Source: Phoronis australis
Lineage: Eukaryota; Animalia; Phoronida
Length of the DNA stretch: 64,000 nt
Direction of reading: 5' to 3'
NCBI GenBank assembly: GCA_002633005.1
Contig: NMRA01000394.1
Coordinates: 350,930 to 414,929 of the forward strand
In this document: positions 54,101-64,000 of the stretch, piece after piece
How the letters are laid out: the number at the start of each line of letters is the position of its first letter
How positions within the stretch are numbered: position 1 is the stretch's first letter
The notes under the pieces: generated by a model
Databases searched by the model: none
What the model was told of the DNA's origin: nothing
The model's input: the letters and a program-made list of their open reading frames with translations, nothing else
Made by a program: the position numbers and the translations under genes

Positions 54101-54986
54101 TGCAGATTATTATTATTTACTTTCTACAAAATTGTGGTACATTGCTATCAAAATTCGTTGTTAAATTACGATCATTCTTCATAAAATTTTGTTGAAGTTC
54201 CAGGGCGAAATCTTGCCGACAAGTGCGTAGCTGCTGGTCTCGCAATCGTCGATAGGGCTTGAATTCTTAAATAAGAATACAGCTTTGACTCAACAAATTT
54301 CCTGAAATCCTCCTCAAGTTTTCCAAATAGCGTCTCTAAGATTTTTAAGTTCTTGTGAAGTCTGGATTAACTGCAGATTAAGTCCAAATCTACGCTAGAT
54401 TGTAGCACGCAACCCGAGAAAAATCTCTGTGGGAACACATGTTGTTGTCACGTGACGTTTGTTTTGAAGTTTGTATGCGTGTGTGTGAGAGTAAGCGTGC
54501 GTGTGCTTGTCAGAGTTCATTTGCCAGAGTAATGTAATGATCTAGGTGTGCATTGTATCCAAAAAAAAAAAAATAAGTCAAGCAGTCAAGCAGAGCGTGT
54601 TTTAATATTTACGGCTTAGCACTTGCTGGCCTCATCTGCTAAAAACGTTCGAGAATTTTTTCGGTAAGACCGACATGTCACTCATTGAGTCGCCGGGTGA
54701 GTGGATGCGTGACCGTAGTGTAACAGCTATTTCCCGGAAGATTTGGGGTGTAAGGGTGCGAAGTGGGTCATTTTGACCTTAAAAACACCAATTATGATTA
54801 GTTAAATAATTTCTCTTAAAAATAATGCAGAAGCTTTTTACGGTATTGGAAACTTTCGGAAATTAGTGCCAATATTTATTTGCCGATGCTATGTTACCCG
54901 ATTAATCTTCGATGACAGTCGGTACATTATGCAGCGCGCGCTTCTTGGTCGCGTGCTAACACTGGTCGAGTTTTTTTTTTTAGTCT

Positions 54987-55386
54987 TCGATTCACGGTTT
55001 TCACATGCACAAAGAAGTTTGAGGCCGGAGAAGATCTGTACTGGAAAGAAACAATGCAATCCCCCTCTTTGACAAGTACGCTGTGTCTGTTTTCAAAGTC
55101 CAGACCCGCGTAGTGGGGCACATCCCTCGCAAGAGCAGCAAAACTTCTGCGTTCTTTTTGAATCGCGGCGTAAGTTTGAAGTGTATACGGACATAACGGT
55201 GAGGCTCGTGGTCCGTTACAAATTCAGGCTGTCGGATCTTTCAATTGATAAATTGGAGACGTTAGAACTGTAGGTAAGGGCATTTTTCGCATGTAGTTCA
55301 TGGGCTGGGCGCTTACTTTAGCAAAGTCTGAAAACGCGTTGGGGGACTTGTTGAGCCATGGGCGCTAATTAGGGCGAATAGCGGCA
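54987..55386 (+). mobile_element. Degenerate HIRAN-like ORF fragment in a probable Tc1/pogo-type DNA transposon relic
   Basis: Broken frames read SIHGFHMHKEV*, GEDL and DKYAVSVFKVQTRVVGHIPRKSSKTSAFFLNRG..LKC; the right end gggcgctaattagggcgaatagcggca resembles ...AATACGGTA-type termini. Confidence 0.6.
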
Positions 55387-56992
55387 GAATTACATACAGC
55401 AGCGTAGTTTAATGCACACAAATTACACGTCGTGAAAACCAGTCGGTCATCCCGTTTACCATCAACAATCCCAGTAGCCTTTGCGCACCCTAATTTCCGG
55501 ACATGTGCAATCGTTAAATCGATTCGGTTGCAACTCCGCTATTGCCTTGTCGGTGTACTTTAGGCTAATGCATAAGTCACATAAACTTCTTACGTAAGCA
55601 TTCAACGTAGGGACGCGTGGCACAAGCTTCGCGCAGGGGATTATCGCATGCAAAATCACATGTCTTTTAAAAAATGGTTGTTATTCGGATGTTTTTGTTC
55701 ATTCAAGATATTAGTTCCAGCTCGCTTTAAGGTCGTGTAGAACCCTAGAATATGCCATATTTGGCTAACTTTGGAATATTTTATATCAAACAGCTGATCA
55801 GGTTCATGTGCAACTTCAGATACTATGATTCATGCACTCGTCTCCAAAACTTGGTTAGGAATTGTTTTCGAAATGTTTCATTTTTCCATGAGGGCTGTCG
55901 AAAATAATGATTTTATTATGTTCATGAAAAAATTACAGTTGCAAAAACAAAAACGAAGTGATATTTTGGAAAGCTGTAAAAGAGTTTTATAAATCTCACC
56001 TTGAACATTTATATTAGTAAAATTTGATCGTGTAATTGTTTGCTATCATATGAGGCAACTAGTACATTGTTATTTGGGCGTTTTGTTACCCCAAAGCCAT
56101 GACTGTGACTAACCCGTCCTAATCGATTCACTAATTAACGCACGTGGCTTAGCCGCGCTGCTGAAGAAATCCTATTCATTAATTTCTCTTGTAATGCATC
56201 GATTTTAGAAATTCGAAGACGGCTGATATCAACTTTTCAATTTAAAAACAGTCATTTTGGTCGTTTGCCTAATTATTGTTCGTTTTTGTTTTGAAACTAG
56301 TACGCTTAACATGCAATTGTTTATTACCAGAATTATCTCCATTATTACGCATTCGGCAAAGCCTGTGAGTAATGACCGCACCACCAAGCCTTTTACGTGC
56401 CGAGGAATTCGCTGGATACTCTGGGGCTGGACAGTGCGCGTAATCTCGTCCACACATTAGTAAAATGCTACAAGTGGAATTCTGCAAGCTTTGTGCTTTC
56501 AGAAAATATATACTTTTACATAGTCAAAATCTATAGCTTTGTAGATATTTGACAGAATATCTGTCACTAAGTTTCTACATAATCTAATTCAAGTGCTTCG
56601 CGTACCTGCGCTAGCGCTAATTCCAGGAGGTCAAATCTCTAATTCTATAAATGTCAGCCGTCTACAGGCCTCAATGAAATGGCAATATCGTAGGCCTAAC
56701 TAACGTTTTTCTTTTGGACTTAAATTTCAGTTCGCAGCCTCACACGAAAAGTTATGAACTTGGTCTGACGAAATAATGAACAGAGTGTCACCTCTTTCGA
56801 AACTCTGGAATCACCTCCAATTTGAATAAGGAATAATTTTATAACAGCAGATGCTCTAAATCAAAAGTCCGTTTTCATGGTGGAAAGATTGTTTATAGCC
56901 TATATAAAAAGGCATAGTAAGTACAATTATAACTTCTCACTTTCATCCTTAAAAGTACGTGTCACGTATACTGAATGTTAATGTTTACATAC

Positions 56993-57531
56993 CGTCTTAG
57001 GCCTTGGCAAACTTCTTCTCTTTCTTCCTGGTGGAGGTCCTCCGTTCAATGGTGGCTGAGTAGTTGCTCCAGCATTTTTCGTCGCTTGCTGTTGTTGCTG
57101 AGTTGTTTGTGCAGCATTTTGATTCAGAGACTGCGTCCCCTGCTGCTGTTGCTGAGTAGTTGATCTATCATTTTGATTCAAGGATTGCGTAGCTTGCTGT
57201 TGTTGCTGAGTTGTTTGTGCAACATTTTGATTCAGGGACTGCGTCCCCTGCTGCGTTTGCTGAGTTGTTGGTCCAGCATTTTGATTCAAACTCTGTGTCT
57301 GTTGCTGCTGTTGTTGGTTTGCACTCAGTGTCGTCTGCTGTTGTAAGACAGGTCCGGGGTTATTTTGATTTGTACTTTGAGTTGTCTGCTGTTGTTGGTG
57401 CTGTGGAGGGAGCTGGTTTGATGAAACAGTCGTCGGTTGTGGTGCTTGCTGCTGCAATGACGTCACTGAGTCTTGATTGGGAGGAAGTGTGGCTCCGCCA
57501 TTTTCAGATGAAGGAGCCTGTTGACCACCGC
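56993..57531 (-). CDS. DEG/ENaC channel exon encoding a Q/T/N-rich low-complexity insert ending RKRRSLPRPKT
   Basis: cttacag|...ACG|gtatgt; 539 nt open, phase 1 to 0, which closes the frame between the flanking exons. Confidence 0.78.
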
Positions 57532-58097
57532 CTGTAAGGGAAAAATATAATGATGACAACTTGTTCTTAAAAATGAAATTGGTTCCATTGCTGTTTACCT
57601 CAACGTTTTCCACGTCAGAGAATCGTGTTCTCCTACTGAACATTTTAGTGTCTTAAGCCGACCAAATCAAACAGCAAGAGTTCAAAATTGCTCATTTCTT
57701 GAGAAAGAGCAAAACGCCATTTTTTTCAACCAAACTGGCACATGATGATAACTCGGTCCATATTATATGTATTCTATTATTCTAGCACCGTAAAATCAGA
57801 TGTTCCTCGAATGTAAAATAAAAAATCTTTTCAAACGTTTGTTGTAACTTAAATGAAATGAAGTCTAACCAAACAACATGCTCGCTAACCAGAATCAGTC
57901 ATCTATATTTTTTAATCTGAGACTAAAACGTAATACAATAAACTTCTCGGGTAAAACTTACGACACTTTATAGCGGGTTTAGACACTGGTGCTTGAGAAT
58001 TACATCCCATCTCACAGCAGCGGGTCATAAGTATCAGAACGTTTTTTTAATCGACTACAAAACCGCTATGATCCACATCCTTAGTTCAATGACTTAC

Positions 58098-58136
58098 CTG
58101 ACTGCATGCCACCAGGACCAGCACCGCCTTTTGGTT
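58098..58136 (-). CDS. DEG/ENaC channel 39-nt Gly-rich exon (KPKGGAGPGGMQSG)
   Basis: tttcag|...CAG|gtaagt; symmetric phase 1 to 1. Confidence 0.7.
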
Positions 58137-59078
58137 CTGAAATAACAAGAAAGCAACTGCTTTAAATATTTATACATGTATGTTGACATTGCCACATGGT
58201 CAATGCCGGTTATTCTTTTGGTCAGCTAGCAAACCAAATATTTTTGCCTAGTATGGTTGTAAGTAATCTTTAGTTTTGACGTGCGATGTTCCGAAGTTGG
58301 ACAAGTTTTGACATTTAATCATGGTGAAACTTATTGTCTAGTTTTACACCCGGCGAGCGCGCTGGTTTTCAAATCTTCCATCGTTATTCACTTCATGGCT
58401 GTAAGAATTGTGTGCTCGCACTCGCATCGCTGTGAACATTCAAAATCTCTGAATGTGTTTTGAACGTATCCAACGTGAGCGTAGCCCTGTTGTTTTTATC
58501 ATCCGATCGATTGATGTCCCCCTCTGCCAACTTAGATGGTGTTTCTAGAGTGATATGCCTGGCATCCAGGATCGGTCGACAGGTGCGTGCCTGCCAGATC
58601 ACGTGAAGCAGGGAACATCACAACCTTGTTCCATCCTCCAGCGCGCAGTTGTCTTCCGGCCTCATCCCCAAGCATCGACTTGAGGCTTGGTGAGGAGAAA
58701 TTCACTTGGCACCATTCTGCTTTGTTTTTACGGAAATGGCCGAAATATCACGAGTGATATTAAGTTGTATCAACACTGAAATTTGCTTTACTATAATAAA
58801 AAATATCCAAATGAGTGGTATTTATGCAGCACTTTAGGTATAGATCATTGGAGAATTGATGTTGTTAAATTCGAAAGCAGGCTAATTTCTGTAATTTCCT
58901 ATAGAACAGACAAAACAAAACTAAGCAAGAAACTAGCCCAAGACGTCGCCCACAGGAGCAATTATTTTTAAATTCTTTGTGTAAAATTTATACCCAGCAC
59001 TAGACTAAAATGGCGGACAGGGCATTTGATCAGCCTACAAAGTTGCGACAATACAAAACTTAACAAAGTTACACTTAC

Positions 59079-59223
59079 TAAACATTTTGTTTTTCATATT
59101 GTTCATAAAGCTTTGACTTATTATAGTCCTGAACTGCGGTCCCGCTACGCCCAGTTGTGACAGACGGAATTGGTTCTGGTTACAAATCGTCACAGCAGGA
59201 AAATGTTGTACCTCGAATCTCAT
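59079..59223 (-). CDS. DEG/ENaC channel post-TM1 exon (FPAVTICNQNQFR)
   Basis: ttccag|...A|gtaagt; FPAVTICN signature; the upstream TM1 exon was not found in the window. Confidence 0.92.
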
Positions 59224-60777
59224 CTGGAAAACACAATGCAGTGATGATTAGCAGCAACAGTAGACATTTCATATTGCTCTCTCCAGAGTAATGACGAAAG
59301 TGACTTTCGATTGATCCCTACTCAGATTTGGTGGACAGAAATTGTGGTCCATTAGTTTAAAAGCAGAATAATAAATTCCACTTTTCCTTTACATTGTTTG
59401 GTTAGTTAAAGTTTGCTAATTTATTTTAGCTTTTTGACACTTGCTGGGATCGAAATTATTTTGATTTATACAAATGTAGGCCTCAGCCACTGGCTTTGTC
59501 CAGGATTCTTCTTCGCAGTGGGAAATGTATGGAACGTACATGATGTTCCTTGTTCACCCATTGATATTTCAAAAGGTTTGCCTTTTCGTAATACATCAGT
59601 AAATCCTACCGCACAGCAGTGGAAAGTTGCTAGAATTGTAATAGGTGTTGACACGCAGTTAATACTAGTAGGTTGAAACCCGTCCCCATGACATGGGATC
59701 TGTAGGTGGCGCTGCACGCCTGTCCACCAAAGACCTGATCGCTGCCTATCGGGATAGTGAATTTCAGCATAGCGGGGCCACTTCAAAAGTCAGCTACTGA
59801 AGAAGTCTGACACTCGGAGTTCGGGAAGCTTGTCGTTACACTGAGTTCGCTGAGGTATCCCGCAACAAATAGCAGCAGAATATATTACTTGTCAAAATTC
59901 CTTTATCTCAAGAAAAAGTATGGATCCCTTTACTGAGTAAATGATTTGCTTATAAATGCTGGATAACATACCAAGGACCTTCAATCGGTTACAGTCGCTA
60001 AAACATAGGCATTCCTCGTAAAATGTGAAGTTTACATGGGTTACTGAGAACCCATCTTTAAATAAAGTAGTGACTGAAATCCTTTCGTATTAAATTCGTT
60101 GCGCACCAGTTAAATGTTTTAACGGTTCACTGCTTTTCCTATGTCGGCCAAAGCACGTTTTTGTGGATTAACTCAAATTTTAAGGTTTTGGCTTCTACAC
60201 AAAATATTACACTTTTATTTTTTATTTTTGTTTCATTTTGATGTCAGTTGTGATATCAGTGAAATATGAAAATCGGGCGTTACTTGTTCAAACAAGCGCC
60301 CACCTATGACTGCGCAGCTTTAGTAGAAAGTGTGCCAATTTCAAGTTCATAATTACCGCAAAATTTTTGTAGGTAGCGATTATGTTATGTTGTTGGGGTT
60401 GTTAAATAACCTAAATTGATGTGAAGTTTATTTTTTAGAGAATTCAAAAAATTTTGTTTGGATTAATTCCGGCTCAATGCACTTGGATCTGCCTGTTGGT
60501 TAGAACGGCGTCGTGTGTTTTCAACAAAACAATTTTAATTGGTCTTCATTTCATCAAACATAATCAATTTGCGTGCTGCGCCATTAGCTACAACAAACCA
60601 AACGTCAATAATTATGAATCAAATTACTTTTAATTTACCCTTGTTGAACTATATCGGGATCGTCTGCGAGTGCCACTCATTCCAACATTCATTCATTCAT
60701 TCTCTGGTGTTGAAGGCCGTTACTTCTCCAGCCCGTCTCGACTTTTTGAAGGCAAATGTTGTGAAGTTAGTAGAAAT

Positions 60778-60779
<2 letters not shown>

Positions 60780-60821
<42 letters not shown>

Positions 60822-60899
60822 CGTATACGTATACGTGTACGTGTACGTGTACGTGTACGTGTACGTGTACGTGTACGTGTATGTATATGTATATGTATA

Positions 60900-60936
<37 letters not shown>
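60780..60936. repeat. Compound microsatellite (AT)n-(ACGTAT/ACGTGT)n-(ATGTAT)n-(AT)n
   Basis: Directly visible; an essentially continuous purine-pyrimidine alternation. Confidence 0.97.
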
Positions 60937-60940
<4 letters not shown>

Positions 60941-63900
60941 CAGAAAATGTACAGATTGACATCAGAGTTTCATTGTTTTTGTTTTGTTTTTTCGATCTAC
61001 AAAACTTGATTCAGTGAGCGTCTAGTCTTGTTTGTGTACCAACTTTTTCTCGTCGCCCGAAACGCTTTCGGATAAAGATTTATGATACAGAAGTGAATAT
61101 TCCATAACCCTTTAAATGGCACTTGATGTATTTATGCACATTAACTTTTATTCTTGTGCGAGTTTTAAAAATAATATAAGTAGCTATAACTGCGACATGT
61201 GATTGATGTCAAGTCAGGTGGCGCCAGCACTCTAAAACTTTCCATCACTCCTTGTGGAGATTTAATGATGTAATTCCTGGAGTGTGGCTTCTGTTCACAG
61301 GTTGACATAACAAAACTCCTAATATTCCGACAGTGTTGTGATTGGTTTTCGACTGATGCATGACAATGATACCATTAGGCTATCCTATAGCATGTCTCTT
61401 GGAGTTGTTCTGCTGCGTTAAACGTCAGAATTCGTAAGCCAAAGTAGTTTGTGTCTGCAGATCTTATCAAGCCATTCAATTTCAACTACCGTGGTTTGCC
61501 TAAACTTCTTAAAGGGTATGAGCTGAAAACATACTAAGATTTCTAATCCAGCTACGGCAAATGGAAGACGATAACAAAGTCTTTTACTTTTTCAAGCAAG
61601 GGCAATCCAATATACTGGCACGATAAAAGATGGAAACGTCAAAGCACCTGTACGAAATGACATAGTAGATACCTGCGGCACAAACTTGTATGAACGTGTA
61701 TGTAGTCTTGTTTAGTAAACACTCAACGATTTTAAATGTAAGAACTCTATAACTACATTAAGAATCTGCCATGCACGTTATTTTGTGTCAACCGTGAACA
61801 ACGTTTCTGGCGAACAAACTTGCGTGCGCTTGCATAAACTGCGTTTGACATTCGCTGATATCATGGACACATTTGATGTATCACCTGTGCTCGAATCAAG
61901 AAAGTACGCCGTCATGATTCCGACGTCCTTTGGTCCGACTGTTTATGACAACAGCATTCTTACTGAATATTTGTCTCAATCGACAATACTTGGTCAGCTA
62001 TACTTTGTAAACATGACAAAATGCTTCCTCCTCGAAAATGAATAGGTTTAACTCCTTATTAATGAATTATTTATTATTGAGTAATAGGATATTAATAAAG
62101 TATGATTTGCATTTAATAGAGTTTGCGGTGGTAGTACAAAGTAAACACTTCCTTCAGCAGCTCTGTAAAACATAATTACAAAATTCGCGGAGTATTAGTT
62201 TTAGACATATCAGCAAGACATTTAAATAATTAAACAAACGCCTGTGGTGCAAAACGTCTAAGTATTGATCTCAAATAATTGCTTTGTTTTTTTTTTGTTT
62301 TTTTTTAATTTTCGTGTCTTGTCATTTGTTTCTTGCTGTGGAAATCGAATAGCTGGTGACCCTTCATCTAGTGGGGAAAGCTTTACACTACACGATACCT
62401 GTTGTCTGGTAATGATTTATAGGAGTAGATAGCGCTCTCACAATAGAACCTTTCGTGCTTTGTCCCAATCGACATCAGGTCCGCGGGTATGGTTTGGTTT
62501 TCGAGGTGCGTGTGCGAAGTTTAGGGACACGGATATAGTGGAATCTGTGCCACGGATTTGGTTTTTGTTGGTCTGGGACTAGGGTTTACGAGATCTAAGC
62601 TGGACTTTAGATGCGTGGCCATGAAATCGTGTCCCCACCTGTAGCATCTCTGTGGAAAGTTTGTGCTTGCCACAGAAAGAGGGGGCAATATCCGGGTAAT
62701 TTTACAGGCTTTTCTGCTCGTCTAAACTGACTACACATAAACGAATATTTGAAGAATCTGTATCCATTTGTTTCAAATTGAAAAGCCTTTAAAGTTAACT
62801 ACGGCGTAAACCATGCCCATGACCCTAATTGGCCAATAGGAATCCATCCTCAAGTTAAATTATTTCTATTACGTTAAAGGGGTATTCCTTTCAAATAAGA
62901 TATCGTTAATATGTATAACATGAATATACCAATGTGAGAGTATCCTTGATATGATACATATACCAACTAATTACTAAATTTGACTGGATTGTTAGCTTTT
63001 TGGCCGCGAACCATATGTTACCGGTCGACGCTTTGAAAAGTCTGTTAGTGCATGGACATCACTTTTAGTCCTGGTACAGAAAGGCATATTTTGTGCATTT
63101 TAGGAAATATGGTAATAACTAAATGTCCCATAATAATATGTCGCTTTTTCAAAGACGTTGCGAAAGCAATTTTAGTAATTCAATATGATTTTGAATTTGA
63201 CTGAAACACAATCCGCACGTTTGCAAATGTACTTAAAAGACACTACGCTTTTGAATTTTGACAGGAGAGTTTATAAAAACCATGGAATTCAAACAAAAAC
63301 AGAGCTAGGATAATAAAAATGCTGGTGTATTTGTAAATGGGATTAAAAACAACTTCGTCAACTACCGGCAAACCAAAGTAGAAGGTTTCAAACATTTACC
63401 TAGTTAGCGTTATGTGCTATGAATCATCGCTACACTGAGGTCTGTCTGTTTTGTGGCGCATGTGATGTTACTAATATTATTTACTTCATCTTAATTATCG
63501 CATCGGATTAGTTCGCTTATTGAATTGTCAGTTTAACTGTTTTCACCTCAAGTTTTAATAAGTTTGTGCTGTAAAGCAAACACTATTTGATGATTTAATT
63601 CTAGTAATCTTTGAACTTAAGGGGGTTTCGTTGCTCTTTGATCTTGCCCGAGATGATTTCTTATCCCAGGCGCTTTGGGGCTTAGAAATAATACCATGCT
63701 CATGCCGACTGGCAACTCAAATTACAAACAATGCGTCATTTTCGGTTAAGCTTACCTCTTACCTCTAACAAATTCTGAAGCGTTTTCTGGAGTCGCTGAT
63801 GATTTCGATGTTTTGGTAATGAAAATGGACTTTAATTACGTTAAGGAATATTATGTGACATATTTTATAAATTTAGATGGCTTAATGCGTTTTCAGTTTT

Positions 63901-64000
63901 GGTAGCTAAACACAGAAATTTGTAGTTCTGATTCCAAACATCTTAACTGAACAGCCAAGTCATGGCACTGTTTTGTCTCTGAAGATATAAGTTGTTTTTT

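Noticed and set aside
20912-59223. Functional linkage between the adjacent MARVEL trafficking protein and the DEG/ENaC channel
   Set aside because: Adjacency of convergent eukaryotic genes is not evidence of a shared system without synteny or co-expression data.
60539-61017. ORFs with IY/TC/VY repeats
   Set aside because: Translations of the microsatellite.
63750-63830. Two minus-strand donor-like sites considered as the channel TM1 exon
   Set aside because: No HG motif or hydrophobic TM1 in any frame read; the exon probably lies beyond the window.

Overview
This is AT-rich eukaryotic DNA with GT-AG introns, most likely from a marine invertebrate; the taxon cannot be fixed from the sequence alone. 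Three spliced genes were reconstructed by hand with consistent intron phases. (1) A minus-strand DIPK1/FAM69-family divergent secretory-pathway kinase (coding exons 6282-6437, 3799-4662, 146-379), with a probable non-coding first exon near 16.6 kb. (2) A complete plus-strand 4-exon MARVEL-domain (CMTM/plasmolipin-like) gene, 20912-30108, 176 aa. (3) A minus-strand DEG/ENaC/ASIC-family channel with 12 exons from 59223 to 35970; its N-terminus/TM1 exon was not found and probably lies beyond the window. Introns and intergenic DNA hold nested MITEs, transposase relics (Kolobok-like THAP, hAT, HIRAN-like), minisatellites and a long inverted repeat. The two most unusual signals are a 50-bp triplication of the DIPK1 splice acceptor, which looks like a nascent intron/micro-exon gain, and a roughly 190-aa Q/T-rich repeat insert ending in RKRR in the channel finger domain. 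No prokaryotic-type system (CRISPR, operon) and no RNA gene is supported.
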